Notes: generated by a model not told the origin, from the sequence alone. Counted from the stretch's first letter, positions 1-10,341 are shown. The stretch is DNA of 64,000 bases from an uncultured Verrucomicrobiales bacterium (GCA_964622095.1 CAZUPP010000008.1:15773-79772), one strand, 5' to 3'. Numbers and translations are program-made.

Positions 1-1231
1 CACCTGATTGTGGCAGGGACGGCTCAATAATTTCGTCTTCGTCCGCTTCACTAATGACGCCGTCGCTGATTTCTTCGTCACTTAGCGGAAGCGGTTCATC
101 CACTAAGATATCCGTCGCCTCGGCTGCGCTGCTGATTTCTTTTTCACCGCCCGTGTCTGCCTGCGGAAGAATGGGTGCCGGGATGGCAGAATCCTGAGAC
201 AGTCCGGCCGTCGCATTGGCGAGGGCTCTCGGCAAACCCTGGCTCAAGGCAGACTCGATATCCGCCTGCTCGGTCTGTGCCTGGCGCCTCTCCGCCGAGG
301 CGGTCAGGTCATCGAAGCGGTCACCGGATTCTGCTCTTTCCCGCTCGTTTTCTGCCGCCGCCTGCGCGGTGTAGCCGTCACCGAATTTCGCCTCCATGGC
401 CAACTGCCCCAGCGCGGTGACGATCGCTTTCTCGCTGCTGGTGGCGACAAAGGTCAGCGCATAACCTTTCTGGACCGTAACCAGATACGCCTGGTAAAGC
501 TCATTTTCCCCGGCATTTAATTGATAAGCCGCCAGAGCGAAGCGCGCACCGAACCGGTATTTTTTTTCAATCTGCCCAAGCCGTTCATAGCTCAGCATAC
601 TGCCACGCAGTGCGTTATCGATTGTCTCCAGATATGCGACTTCTGTAGTGCCTGGACCAAGCCGTTCGGCCACCAGGATAAGGGCGGAGTTATCGGAAGC
701 GCTCTCGTTGATCTTATCTTTTGAAACAAGCAACAGCGGATAGCGCCATTGCCGCTGAGGCGCGGAATTTTCCGGGTCATCAATCTCATCCAGCTCTGCG
801 CCCTTCGCTTCCAGTTCGTCAAAGGCTCGCGCACTGGCAATGAGCCAACGATCCGGGATTTCCCAGACCATCTCAAAGAATTCATTCACATAGCGGTTAC
901 CCTGCACGGCGCCGGAGTCCGGCAGCATACCCTGCTCCCGCAGCTCAGCTTCTTCCATGCGGATTTCCAGGGCATGAATCTCATCCTCCGTGCGCGCGGT
1001 CAGAGGGCTGGCATCATTTGACCCTTCCTCTGTCTCCTGATCGGGCCGCACCGCCGAAGGCACGGAACCATTCTCCAGATCGGCAAAGATGCCCCGGGGC
1101 GGCTCCGTCTTCTGGGTTTGCTCGGTTTCTCCCGCAGCCTTTTCTTCAGATTTTTTCTGACACCCGCCAAGGGCGAGAATAGAAAGGGCGAGGAAAGGAA
1201 GAAGGAGTCGCAGTTGGTGGGGAACAGTCAT
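1..1231 (-). CDS. putative lipoprotein, C-terminal end cut by the window edge
   Basis: ATG at 1231..1229. My translation is MTVPHQLRLLLPFLALSILALGGCQKKSEE..., a signal peptide with a lipobox-like LGGC. The frame appeared open in my hand translation (not checked codon by codon) down to position 1, and its absence from the ORF track is consistent with no stop in the window. The rest is acidic and low-complexity. Confidence 0.6.
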   Translation of the reverse strand, partial: MTVPHQLRLLLPFLALSILALGGCQKKSEEKAAGETEQTQKTEPPRGIFADLENGSVPSAVRPDQETEEGSNDASPLTARTEDEIHALEIRMEEAELREQGMLPDSGAVQGNRYVNEFFEMVWEIPDRWLIASARAFDELEAKGAELDEIDDPENSAPQRQWRYPLLLVSKDKINESASDNSALILVAERLGPGTTEVAYLETIDNALRGSMLSYERLGQIEKKYRFGARFALAAYQLNAGENELYQAYLVTVQKGYALTFVATSSEKAIVTALGQLAMEAKFGDGYTAQAAAENERERAESGDRFDDLTASAERRQAQTEQADIESALSQGLPRALANATAGLSQDSAIPAPILPQADTGGEKEISSAAEATDILVDEPLPLSDEEISDGVISEADEDEIIEPSLPQSG

Positions 1232-1305
1232 GGTGTGATGGACAATGGCAAACTCTGCGCGGGAACGAACGCAGGTCAACGGACAAACGCGCGCACTGGC
1301 CCAGA

Positions 1306-2130
1306 TCAGATGGTCATCGCCGCATAGCCACCGTCCACGATGATCTCCGCGCCGGTGATGAACCCCCCCGCCCGGTCACTGGCCAGCAGTAGCGTGGCGC
1401 CGATCAGCTCTGAAGATTCTCCAAAGCGTTTCATCGGCGTATGGCCCATGATCTGTTCCACCCGTTCCGGGGTAAGCACTTTTCGGTTCTGCTCGGCGGG
1501 AAAAAAACCGGGCACGATCGTGTTGACCCGGATCCCTCGAATGGCCCATTCCCGTGCCAGATTTTTGGAGAGATTGTGCACCGCGGCTTTGGTCATGGAG
1601 TAGGTAAAGACGCGCGAAAGCGGGATGACGCCGGACATGGAGCCGATATTGATAATCGAGGCAGGCTCACCGCGCTCGATAAAATAGCGGCCGAACACCT
1701 GGCAGGTGAGGAATACCGCTTTGCAGTTTACGTCCATGATCCGGTCATATTCTTCCTCTTGGACGTCGAGAAAGGGTGTGGGCGAATTGACCCCGGCACC
1801 GTTGACGAGGATGTCGACCTTACCGCTGCGCTCAATCACGGCATTGCGAACCGCTTCGATCGACTCGGCCCGGCCCACATCGCCGGTAATGAAGTAACCT
1901 GCGCCTCCCGCCGCCTGGATCGCGGCCAGCTTGGCCTCGGCCTTCTCCTTATTCCGGCCGATGATCGCCACCTCTGCGCCCGCCGCGGCAAGGCCCTCGG
2001 CCATCTTACCGCAGAGTTCTCCTGTCCCGCCGATGACCGCCGCGACTTTGCCCTGAAGTCCAAACAACGTGTTCAGGTAATCACTGGCGTGACCGCTGCT
2101 GCTGCCGTTACTACTGCTGATGCTGCTCAT
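1306..2130 (-). CDS. SDR family NAD(P)-dependent oxidoreductase
   Basis: 274 aa. Rossmann motif GGTGELCG and catalytic [13 protein letters not shown] (YxxxK). Confidence 0.85.
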   Translation of the reverse strand: MSSISSSNGSSSGHASDYLNTLFGLQGKVAAVIGGTGELCGKMAEGLAAAGAEVAIIGRNKEKAEAKLAAIQAAGGAGYFITGDVGRAESIEAVRNAVIERSGKVDILVNGAGVNSPTPFLDVQEEEYDRIMDVNCKAVFLTCQVFGRYFIERGEPASIINIGSMSGVIPLSRVFTYSMTKAAVHNLSKNLAREWAIRGIRVNTIVPGFFPAEQNRKVLTPERVEQIMGHTPMKRFGESSELIGATLLLASDRAGGFITGAEIIVDGGYAAMTI

Positions 2131-2219
2131 CGTGCACGCACCTTGGGCAATGGCGCGGCACGGCGCAACCTCATTTCAACCGTGCGGATCGCTCGAGGGC
2201 GGGGTATTGTTGCGAGGAT

Positions 2220-2633
2220 ATGGTGCAACTCAAAGACAATGGAGACAACGGTAGTGACCGGCAGGAAACACGCGCCCGCAATGTGCTGGGCGGCCCTCTG
2301 AAGTTATGCTCGGCTGCGCCGATGACTGGTTTTTTTCGCGATGGCTGCTGTCATACCGCGGCGAATGATCTGGGACTGCATGTGGTCTGTGCGGTGATGA
2401 CAGAGAAGTTTCTCATCTTTACCCGGACCCAGGGCAATGACCTCAGCACTCCACGGCCGCAGTTCAATTTTCCCGGCCTGAAACCAGGCGATCGCTGGTG
2501 CCTCTGCGCCGGACGCTGGCAGGAGGCGCTTGAAGCAGGCATGGCACCACCGGTCGTGCTCCAAGCCTGCCATGAGCGCGCCCTCGAGGTTGTCTCTCTG
2601 GAAGACCTCACGGCTCACGCGGTGGAAGAGTAA
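2220..2633 (+). CDS. DUF2237 family protein
   Basis: NVLGGPLKLCS..PMTGFFRDGCCHT....LG.H.VCAVMT..FL.F....GNDLSTPRP.F.FPGLKPGDRWCLCA.RWQEA matches the DUF2237 pattern as I remember it. The start could be a downstream GTG. Confidence 0.8.
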   Translation: MVQLKDNGDNGSDRQETRARNVLGGPLKLCSAAPMTGFFRDGCCHTAANDLGLHVVCAVMTEKFLIFTRTQGNDLSTPRPQFNFPGLKPGDRWCLCAGRWQEALEAGMAPPVVLQACHERALEVVSLEDLTAHAVEE

Positions 2634-2669
2634 ATTGCGAGAAACTTTGCTCCGGCTATATTTTGATCA

Positions 2670-3224
2670 ATGACCATCACGATTGAAACTCCTCCTCTGG
2701 AAAAACAACACGCGATTAATCTTGCCGCAATGGAACGTATGCTGGCTGACCCCAAGCTGCATGAATATCCAGGCAAGGTCGAAAGCGATCAATTTGGAAA
2801 CATCATTACAATGGCTTCTGCGACAGCTGACCACCGCGATTTTCAAGGTGAGATTGTTTTCTTGTTACGAAGCCTACTTGGCAGAAAGTCTATGCCCGAA
2901 TTACCCGTTTCGACTTCACTCGGCGTGAAACTTCCTGATGTGGTCTGGTGCTCTCCGGTAAGATATAAAGAATCTCTTGAAAAAGGCATTCTTCTCACCG
3001 CCCCTGAAATTTGTGTGGAAGTGCTCTCTCCCAGCAACACGCCAGAAGAATTGCGGATAAAAAGTGCTCTTTACTTCGAAGGGGGCGCGGAGGAAGTGTG
3101 GCAATGCGACGAAGACGGAAGGATGACTTTTTTTGCGCCAGGTAAGAGACCGGGCGCAGAGCCGGTGGTCCTGGAAAAATCAATTCGGTGCCCGGACTTT
3201 CCGGCGCGAATCGATCTGGACTAA
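2670..3224 (+). CDS. Uma2 family (DUF820) putative endonuclease
   Basis: 184 aa. LPDVVW...APEICVEVLSPSN...K...Y...G..EVW is the typical Uma2 / PD-(D/E)xK-like core. Confidence 0.7.
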   Translation: MTITIETPPLEKQHAINLAAMERMLADPKLHEYPGKVESDQFGNIITMASATADHRDFQGEIVFLLRSLLGRKSMPELPVSTSLGVKLPDVVWCSPVRYKESLEKGILLTAPEICVEVLSPSNTPEELRIKSALYFEGGAEEVWQCDEDGRMTFFAPGKRPGAEPVVLEKSIRCPDFPARIDLD

Positions 3225-3246
3225 CGGTGAGGGTTTATTATGCCGA

Positions 3247-3474
3247 TCAGAAAGTAATTGTCGCCTGCGGCCCGATCGGGTCACTGACGCGCTCTTCTTT
3301 CGGCTCAAGGTAACTGCCGGAGACTGAGCCTTGCCGGGCACGATAGTCCCTCACCCCATATTCCACCGGAGCACCAACCATATCTTCAATCGCTTCCTCT
3401 GTTGGCAAGGTTTCGCACCCTGCGAATACGGCGATGGTCAAAGGGATGAAGAGATAGAGAAAGAGCCGATACAT
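3247..3474 (-). CDS. small putative lipoprotein
   Basis: MYRLFLYLFIPLTIAVFAGCETL: hydrophobic signal sequence with an FAGC lipobox. 75 aa. Confidence 0.45.
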   Translation of the reverse strand: MYRLFLYLFIPLTIAVFAGCETLPTEEAIEDMVGAPVEYGVRDYRARQGSVSGSYLEPKEERVSDPIGPQATITF

Positions 3475-3562
3475 TAAACTCTACTTGACGGTCAGCTCCT
3501 AAAAAGCATCAACATCCTCTCCGCCGCCAAGCCAGACGCGATCACGAAGGTCCGGAGATAGT

Positions 3563-5071
3563 TCACATTTCGTATTGCGGGCGGCCGGGTTTGGGCCAGT
3601 CAAGGTGGAAGAATTTTCCGCGGGGCTGGTCGACGCGTTCGTAGGTGTGTGCGCCGAAGTAATCGCGTTGGGCCTGGAGCAGATTGGCGGGGAGCCGTTC
3701 CGCGCGATAGCTGTCATAATAGTTCAGCGCACTGCTGAAGCACGGGGTGGGAATGCCGGCCTGGACGGCTGAGGCGACGACGCTGCGCCAGTTGGCCTGG
3801 CAACGATCGATTTCTTCCTTGAAATAAGGATCAAGCAACAGATTTGCGAGAGACGCGTCGCGCTCATAGGCTTCGGTGATTTTCTGGAGAAAACGCGCTC
3901 GGATAATGCAGCCGCCCCGCCAGATTTTTGCAATCGCTCCGAAATCCAGGGTCCAGTCATATTCTTTTTGTGCTTCGCGCATAAGCTGGAATCCCTGCGC
4001 ATAGGAACAGATTTTCGAGCAATAAAGCGCATCGTGAATGGCCTGAATATAGGTTTCTTTGTTCGCTGGTTTTTCGCAGTCCGGGCAATTCAGGATTTTA
4101 GAAGCGGCCACACGTTCGTCTTTAATGGCGCTGATCGTGCGGGCAAAAACCGCTTCCGCCACCGTTTGCGCGGGCACGCCCATATCCAGCGCGCTGATCG
4201 AGGTCCATTTTCCGGTTCCCTTCTGTCCGGCTGTATCCAAAACAATATCGACAAAGGGCTGCCCGGTGACCGGATCTTTTTGCTTGAGGATATCGGCGGT
4301 GATTTCGATGAGAAAGCTGTCCAGCACGCCGGTGTTCCAATGGGCGAAAATATCAGACATTTCATCCGGGCTCAGGCCGAGCAGATCTTTCATGAGCATG
4401 TAGGCCTCACAAATCATCTGCATGTCACCATACTCGATCCCGTTGTGGACCATCTTTACATAGTGGCCGGCCCCGTTGGCGCCGATGTAAGTCGTGCAGG
4501 CTTCCCCGCCGGTCACTGGTTTTCCGGGCTCAGCGCCGAGTAGAGGTTTACCGGTTTCTGGATCGACCTTGGCGGCAATGGCTTCCCAGATGGGCCTGAG
4601 TTCTTCATACGCGCTCTCCTGGCCGCCCGGCATAAGGCTGGGGCCGAAACGAGCACCTTCTTCCCCGCCGGACACGCCGGAGCCCACAAAGCGGAAGCCT
4701 TTGTCATTCAGATCCTTTTCCCGCCGGATGGTATCATTCCAGTTTGCGTTGCCGCCATCGATGATGATGTCCCCCTGGTCGAGCAGCGGGATCAGCCCGT
4801 TGATCACCGCGTCCGTGCCGGCCCCGGCCTGGACCATGATGATGATCTTGCGCGGCTTTTTCAGCGAACGCACAAAATCACCCAATTCGGCTACGCCTAC
4901 CAGTCCTCCAGGGGTATCCGGGTGCTCCGCGACGAACTCCTCCATCTTGGAGGTTGTCCGGTTGTAGACGCTGATGCGGAATCCGTGATCCGCGATGTTC
5001 AGGGCAAGATTCTGCCCCATGACGGCGAGGCCGATCAGACCGATGTCACTTTGCTCTTGGGTAACGCTCAT
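3563..5071 (-). CDS. gnd: 6-phosphogluconate dehydrogenase, decarboxylating
   Basis: [22 protein letters not shown] (NADP fold), [33 protein letters not shown] moved the start to ATG 5071 ([14 protein letters not shown]). The ORF-track extension to 5248 overlaps the bcp promoter side and looks non-coding. Confidence 0.9.
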   Translation of the reverse strand: MSVTQEQSDIGLIGLAVMGQNLALNIADHGFRISVYNRTTSKMEEFVAEHPDTPGGLVGVAELGDFVRSLKKPRKIIIMVQAGAGTDAVINGLIPLLDQGDIIIDGGNANWNDTIRREKDLNDKGFRFVGSGVSGGEEGARFGPSLMPGGQESAYEELRPIWEAIAAKVDPETGKPLLGAEPGKPVTGGEACTTYIGANGAGHYVKMVHNGIEYGDMQMICEAYMLMKDLLGLSPDEMSDIFAHWNTGVLDSFLIEITADILKQKDPVTGQPFVDIVLDTAGQKGTGKWTSISALDMGVPAQTVAEAVFARTISAIKDERVAASKILNCPDCEKPANKETYIQAIHDALYCSKICSYAQGFQLMREAQKEYDWTLDFGAIAKIWRGGCIIRARFLQKITEAYERDASLANLLLDPYFKEEIDRCQANWRSVVASAVQAGIPTPCFSSALNYYDSYRAERLPANLLQAQRDYFGAHTYERVDQPRGKFFHLDWPKPGRPQYEM

Positions 5072-5273
5072 ACTGGGTGTGATTTGGCGGATTCTGCCGC
5101 GCTTGGAAAGGAAAGAGTTGGCCGCAGCTGGTGAATGAGTGACCAACGGAAATGATCGAGGGTTGGGGCTCCGTCTCATTCCCGAAAAGCGATCCTCTTT
5201 TCTGCGCAAAAGCTTTTCGGCAACTGCACCGCCCGGGAATGCGTTCACCCTTCAGCACTCCACTCTTACGCAT

Positions 5274-5768
5274 ATGATTGATACCGCAGACATTCTCATG
5301 CCCGGCGCAAAGGCTCCGGATTTCCGTGCCATGGCCGTCGGCGGTCCTTACGGGCACGACGGGAAGGAAGTTTCACTGAGCGACTTCGGCGGGAAATGCG
5401 TCGTCCTGTATTTCTACCCCAAGGACGACACCCCCGGCTGTACTACCCAGGCCTGCGCGCTGCGCGATGAGTGGAGCGATTTCGAAAAGCATGCCGCGAT
5501 CTTTGGGGTAAGCATCGATGATGCGGCCAGCCACCGACAGTTTATCCAGAAGTATACCCTGCCTTTCCCGCTGCTCAGTGATCCGCAGAAGGAGATGGTC
5601 CAAGCCTACGGGGTGTGGGTGGAGAAAAACATGTATGGCAAGACTTTCATGGGCACGGAGCGGTCTACTTTTGTTATTGGGCCCGATGGCAATCTGCTGG
5701 AGATATTTCGCAAGGTCAGCCCGGCCCGGCATACCGGTCTGCTCCGTGAGGTGCTGGGGATCACCTGA
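5274..5768 (+). CDS. bcp: thioredoxin-dependent peroxiredoxin (Bcp type)
   Basis: APDFRA....GK.V.LSDF.GKCVVLYFYPKDDTPGCTTQAC is the AhpC/TSA motif with the peroxidatic Cys. Start moved to ATG 5274 (MIDTADIL). Confidence 0.9.
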   Translation: MIDTADILMPGAKAPDFRAMAVGGPYGHDGKEVSLSDFGGKCVVLYFYPKDDTPGCTTQACALRDEWSDFEKHAAIFGVSIDDAASHRQFIQKYTLPFPLLSDPQKEMVQAYGVWVEKNMYGKTFMGTERSTFVIGPDGNLLEIFRKVSPARHTGLLREVLGIT

Positions 5769-6242
5769 TCATCTCTCTTTCCAGGCGGAGCTGCGATCAA
5801 AGCCATGCTCCGTCAGCATGTCCTGCGCGATTTCTTTGAGCGGCAGGCTGGGGCTGCGTGAACTCATCATGCAGCAGCATTCCAGATAACCCAGGATATC
5901 ATCGAAGTTCGCCCGCAAGCGCAGATCATCCAGCCAGCCTTCCACCGTCGCGATGGCTTCCAGCCACTGGCGGAGATCGAACGGGCTGTCATCCACCTTG
6001 GCCGCCAGCATCTGGTAGACATCCGGGGTGTTTGGGTGCTGGCGCGCATATGCTGCCATCGCTTCCATCAGATCGACGAGGTGATACTTCGGGCACTCCT
6101 CCACCAGCCGGGCAAATTCGGCTTCGCTCAGGTCTGCTTCGCGTGCCTTGACCTCGGCCCGCTCGAGATGATCCATCCACTCCTGGACTTCGTCTTCCCT
6201 TTCCGCCTTTTCCTCCGCAATTTGATGTAAATTCCATGCCAT
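5769..6242 (-). CDS. hypothetical acidic helical protein
   Basis: Only the C-terminal 157 aa of the 312-aa ORF look protein-like (MAWNLHQIAEEKAERE...). The upstream part overlaps the better + strand gene at 6306..6833. ATG at 6242. Confidence 0.5.
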   Translation of the reverse strand: MAWNLHQIAEEKAEREDEVQEWMDHLERAEVKAREADLSEAEFARLVEECPKYHLVDLMEAMAAYARQHPNTPDVYQMLAAKVDDSPFDLRQWLEAIATVEGWLDDLRLRANFDDILGYLECCCMMSSRSPSLPLKEIAQDMLTEHGFDRSSAWKER

Positions 6243-6305
6243 GGTTGGATTACGTAACGAATGGGCGCGAGTTGACAAGGGGCGCGATGATTCTATGCTC
6301 GCTTT

Positions 6306-6833
6306 ATGAAGGTCTCGCGTGATTCCGCCATCGTCATCCTCGCCCTCACGTTCTCTGTGTTGATGGGGAATCTTCCGGCGTTTGCGGATGAAGCGGCCAA
6401 CAACAACGCTGAGTCCAGCTCGAGCGCGCAGGTCGAGGCGGGGGAAGGGAATGTCCCGGAGTTCCAGCTCGAGCGCGCTTCGACCTTTGCTTACAGTGCT
6501 AAGCGCAGCCCCTTCTGGCCAATCGGCTGGGAGCCTGGGCAGGAAGAGGTTGAAGAGAAGAAGAAGAGCTTCACCCCTACGGATTACTTTGAAGTGAGCT
6601 CGGTTTTGCTGGGAGACACCCCGCTGGCCGTGGTGAAGACCAATGTGAAGCCGCGGGGTGGCCACTACACCATTGGCGAACGCGTTCCGTTTGATTTCGA
6701 CGGTCAACGGCTTGAGGTCACCATGAAGAAAATTGTCGACGGCGGATGTCAGTTCCAGATCGGCCGCCAGACCTTCTGGATCCGGTTAAACCGCGGTGAT
6801 GCGGGCGTCGGGCAACCCGAACCGGTGGAGTAG
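6306..6833 (+). CDS. secreted hypothetical protein (possibly PilP/GspC-like)
   Basis: Signal peptide MKVSRDSAIVILALTFSVLMGNLPAFADE, an RSPFWPIGW motif, then a small beta-rich domain. Confidence 0.6.
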   Translation: MKVSRDSAIVILALTFSVLMGNLPAFADEAANNNAESSSSAQVEAGEGNVPEFQLERASTFAYSAKRSPFWPIGWEPGQEEVEEKKKSFTPTDYFEVSSVLLGDTPLAVVKTNVKPRGGHYTIGERVPFDFDGQRLEVTMKKIVDGGCQFQIGRQTFWIRLNRGDAGVGQPEPVE

Positions 6834-6847
6834 CAAGCCCGTCCCGG

Positions 6848-8299
6848 CTAGGAGCTTTCGCCCTGATCTTTATCGCTGTTTCCACGGCGGGCTTCCAGTT
6901 CCCGGCAGATCGCAGCGTGCTTATCCCGGGTGATGGGAAAACGCCAGGCGAGGATGGCGGCAATGACCAAGCAGACCATGGGGATGGGTCCCACGATGAT
7001 GCGGATGGCCATGAGAGCACTTTCGGGCTGCTCCATGACCGGTGAGGGTGTCTCTCCCGGCGAAGGACGGACGAACCCCTGCATGTCGAGGATAACCCCT
7101 ACGATATAGAGGGCTAAGGCGAGTCCGAGCTTCTGCAGAAGCACCATGAAGCCGAAGAAAACCCCTTCCCGCCGGTGGCCGGTTTCGTATTCATCGAACT
7201 CCACGATATCGGGAATCATCGACCATGGAATTAAATAGGCGACCGACACCCCAAGCCCGGCGGTGACCGCGAGAACGAAGACGACATTCCCCGCGTCTGA
7301 TGGCAGAAAAAACAACCCGGTCTGCGCACCGATCCAGAAAACCGTTCCGATCCCGAAAACCGATCGTTTTCCGAGCTTCGAACTGAGCCACGCCCAGAAA
7401 GGCAGGACCAGCATAGCCGTCCCCTGCACCGCGAGGATGACCATGACAAAATAGCCCATGTCTTTCTTCAGCCAGTAAATGACGTAGAAATTAAGGACGG
7501 ACGCCGTCAGCTGAACCGCCATCCAGGAAAATAAATAAAGGACGCAAACAATCACAAAAGGCCGGTTACAGAGGGCGATCTGGAACTGTCTCAAAAAAGG
7601 AATCGGCTTGTGATGCAGTTCCCGGTTTTCCAGCCTTTTTTCCCGTGCGCGAACCTGCGGGAATACCCCGATCACACACCAGGCCAGGAAAATGACGATC
7701 AGAGCGCCGCAAGCCATGCCAAGGACTGAATGGGCGGTGCGCTGATCACCCTCCCAAACATCAAAAATCAGTCCAGCCAACATGACACCGGCGATATTCG
7801 CGAAGAGCGAAAACCCGAAGCGGTATCCATTGAGCGTGGTACGTTCGTCATAATTTTCCGTAATCTCCGCGGTCAGCGTGGTGTAGGGAATCGTGACGAT
7901 GGTGAATAAGGTCTGCATCAGAGTGCCAACCGCCAGATAGTAGATCAGCCGGACCGTTTCATTTTTCTGCGGGTCCGAGGCGAAATCAAAAACCTGCCAT
8001 TGCAGAGCCACGATCACGGCCAGGGGTAAGGTGCCGAGCACCATATAGGGCAGGCGCCGTCCAAAGCGGGACTTTGTGCGGTCCGTCAGCCAGCCCATCG
8101 CAGGATCTGTCAGGGCGTCCCAGAGCTTGCTCACCATGAGAATCATGCCGGCCACACCGGGCGACAGTCCTGCCACGACAATGAGAAAGGGCAGGAGGAA
8201 AAAAATGATGAGCGCACCGGATAGGGCGGGTCCAAATTCCCCCGCGCCGAAAGCCAGTTTCGTGGCCAGTGAGACCCGGTCTTTCTTGAGGGAGTTCAT
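6848..8299 (-). CDS. MFS transporter, glycoside-pentoside-hexuronide (GPH):cation symporter family
   Basis: 483 aa, about 12 TM segments. DALTDPAMGWLTDRTKSRFGRRLPYM is the GPH signature (D-x-x-x-D-P..G...DRT...G.RRP). Confidence 0.85.
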   Translation of the reverse strand: MNSLKKDRVSLATKLAFGAGEFGPALSGALIIFFLLPFLIVVAGLSPGVAGMILMVSKLWDALTDPAMGWLTDRTKSRFGRRLPYMVLGTLPLAVIVALQWQVFDFASDPQKNETVRLIYYLAVGTLMQTLFTIVTIPYTTLTAEITENYDERTTLNGYRFGFSLFANIAGVMLAGLIFDVWEGDQRTAHSVLGMACGALIVIFLAWCVIGVFPQVRAREKRLENRELHHKPIPFLRQFQIALCNRPFVIVCVLYLFSWMAVQLTASVLNFYVIYWLKKDMGYFVMVILAVQGTAMLVLPFWAWLSSKLGKRSVFGIGTVFWIGAQTGLFFLPSDAGNVVFVLAVTAGLGVSVAYLIPWSMIPDIVEFDEYETGHRREGVFFGFMVLLQKLGLALALYIVGVILDMQGFVRPSPGETPSPVMEQPESALMAIRIIVGPIPMVCLVIAAILAWRFPITRDKHAAICRELEARRGNSDKDQGESS

Positions 8300-9153
8300 G
8301 ATTTCGGGGCGCTGCTGCTACTGTTGTTGCTGCCGCGGCGCCGCCTGCGGAAGGGGCGGGCGCTGGATTTACGGCAGCGCGTTTTCCGGGTGGCCTGGGG
8401 CTTTCGCATGACCGCCGTGTTAGAGTTGCTCTTGCCGGAGCGACCTTTCTTTGGCGAGATTTTCTTTTTCGGGGCCGGTTTCTTCGGCTTCTTTTTGGTG
8501 GCTGGGGTGCGCTTGGCTGCGACACCTGAGGCCGCTTTCGTCTCTCCATTGCCTTTGAGCGGCAGGGCGATCTGCGGCAGGCCCAGGTTAGGAGCACGCT
8601 GACAGATGATCCATGCGGTGATCACCCCGGAGAGAAGCCCAAAGAGATGGCCTTCCCACGAGATGTTATCCCGCTGAAAGGGCGAGAGCCCGGCCAGCAT
8701 TCCCCAGTAGCTGAGGACAACAATGAGCCCGACGATGATGGCAGGCAGACTGCGTTCAAACCAGGCCTGGGCGACGAGGAAGCCGAAGTAACCGAAGACC
8801 AGGCCGCTGCAGCCGATGTGCAGGGTGTTCGGGTCAGCCAGGAAAAAGACCGCGGCTCCGCTGACCACCGTCGTGACCACGGTGGCAATGATCCAGCGCC
8901 AGGGATTGTGAAAGACGATCATCCCGCCCAGCACCAGCATGGGCAGAGTATTGCCGGCGAGGTGCCCAAAGCCGTCATGGAGGAACGGCATGAGCAGGAT
9001 GCCGTAGAGGTGAGACCAGTCACGGGGCCGGATGCCATACTCATTCAGCGGCTGGGAGCCTTGCCCGAGAAAGAGATCCAGGGCCTCCAGCAGGTAAAGG
9101 ACAGCCAGAAAGCCGGCCAGCAATTGTAAGCCTTCCCAACGGCCGAACCGCAT
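8296..9153 (-). CDS. rhomboid family intramembrane serine protease with a polybasic C-terminal tail
   Basis: FLHDGFGHLAGN, IGCSGLVFGYFG (GxSG) and WEGHLFGLLSG (catalytic His). The tail is KKKPKKPAPKKKISPKKGRSGKS...RRRRRG. Start moved to ATG 9153 (MRFGRWEGLQLL). The stop overlaps the start of the GPH gene by 4 nt. Confidence 0.8.
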   Translation of the reverse strand: MRFGRWEGLQLLAGFLAVLYLLEALDLFLGQGSQPLNEYGIRPRDWSHLYGILLMPFLHDGFGHLAGNTLPMLVLGGMIVFHNPWRWIIATVVTTVVSGAAVFFLADPNTLHIGCSGLVFGYFGFLVAQAWFERSLPAIIVGLIVVLSYWGMLAGLSPFQRDNISWEGHLFGLLSGVITAWIICQRAPNLGLPQIALPLKGNGETKAASGVAAKRTPATKKKPKKPAPKKKISPKKGRSGKSNSNTAVMRKPQATRKTRCRKSSARPFRRRRRGSNNSSSSAPKS

Positions 9154-9375
9154 GATGAAGAATGAAGAGATGTGGAAGCGAAATACCGGTGCCAAGTCAG
9201 GTTCGCGGCGGGCGGGCCTGCGCCGAGGAGAAACCGGGTAAAGAAGAGTAAAAAGGAGTCCTGGAACAGGACGGACCAGCCTTGCCCGGGCTGAGCCATT
9301 GCGCAAGAGCCGGAGTATGGGAAAATCTGGATTGCGATGGACAAGCCCAGACACATCCGGCATCCTTAGCCCCGC

Positions 9376-10341
9376 ATGACAGCCCCACCAATTGCTAATG
9401 TCCGCGCCGTTACTCTCTCTGTCACCGCTCTCTCTGTTTTCTCTCTTGCTTCTGCCGTCGCAGAGAGTTTATCGCCGGGAGGCAGTCTGAAATCTGTCGC
9501 GGCCAAGACCGATCCGGTTGTTGCTCCAGTTGAAGAAGTCGCTCCGCCTGCGCTTGAGGTGAATCTGCGTTCCTTTTACACCTTCGAATCGGACTTTGAG
9601 GACCGTTTCGCCAATGACACTGCGATGAGCACCGTGAATCTGGAGGGGGAGATCATCGGCCGGGTGCCCCTCAATGATAATGGCTGGTATTTTACAGGGG
9701 GGCTCTTTTACGGAGCTCTCCTGAACTCCGATACCAGCGCACCGATCCCTTCTACCTTTCAGCGTGCCAATGGCGTTCTGGGCGTTGAGTGGTACAAGGG
9801 GAAAGCGCGTTTCCCGAAGTTCCTCATCACCACACGGCCGGGGTTCTTTTTTGAGACAGATATTGATGCCGGAGACTTTGATTTTCCGACCCTGGCTCTT
9901 TACGGCTTTGATATCACGGAAAGTCTCCGCCTCTATGTGGGTGGGCGGACTTCTATTCTGCGGGAGGCTCCTTTCATTCCGTTTGGCGGATTTCTTTGGG
10001 AGCCCGCGCCATGGTTCATCGTCCAGGCGGCCTATCCTCAAAGTGGAATCTTCATTTCGCCAAGCCGTAAGCTGACCCTCTTTGCCGGGGCAGAGGTAAC
10101 CTTCCTCACCCTGCGGACGGACGATGGGGATGATCTTCCTCCCGGGCTGAATGATGCTCTGGTGGATTACGATGAGTTCCGGGCCGTAACCGGTTTTATC
10201 TACCGGCCCACAGATACGATGGATATCTCCGTTCGTGGCGGCTGGAGCATTCGACGCAGTTGGGATTATTACCGGGCGGAAGTTGGGTTGGAACAGGAAG
10301 GCGCTCCGACCGTGGCAGCCAGTCTCACGCTGAAATTCTGA
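9376..10341 (+). CDS. hypothetical outer-membrane-type protein
   Basis: N-terminal signal-like segment (VTALSVFSLASAVAESL). Alternating aromatic/Gly-rich sequence ending in ...ASLTLKF, a C-terminal Phe typical of beta-barrel OMPs. Confidence 0.55.
   Translation: MTAPPIANVRAVTLSVTALSVFSLASAVAESLSPGGSLKSVAAKTDPVVAPVEEVAPPALEVNLRSFYTFESDFEDRFANDTAMSTVNLEGEIIGRVPLNDNGWYFTGGLFYGALLNSDTSAPIPSTFQRANGVLGVEWYKGKARFPKFLITTRPGFFFETDIDAGDFDFPTLALYGFDITESLRLYVGGRTSILREAPFIPFGGFLWEPAPWFIVQAAYPQSGIFISPSRKLTLFAGAEVTFLTLRTDDGDDLPPGLNDALVDYDEFRAVTGFIYRPTDTMDISVRGGWSIRRSWDYYRAEVGLEQEGAPTVAASLTLKF

Noticed and set aside
1441-2301. 286-aa + strand ORF overlapping the SDR gene
   Set aside because: It is a shadow ORF: Arg/Gly/Asp-rich with no motifs, while the minus-strand SDR has clear cofactor and catalytic motifs.
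5769-6707. Full 312-aa version of the minus-strand ORF
   Set aside because: The N-terminal 155 aa are Arg/Gly/His-rich and overlap the better secreted-protein gene on the + strand (6306..6833). I kept only 5769..6242, starting at MAWNL.
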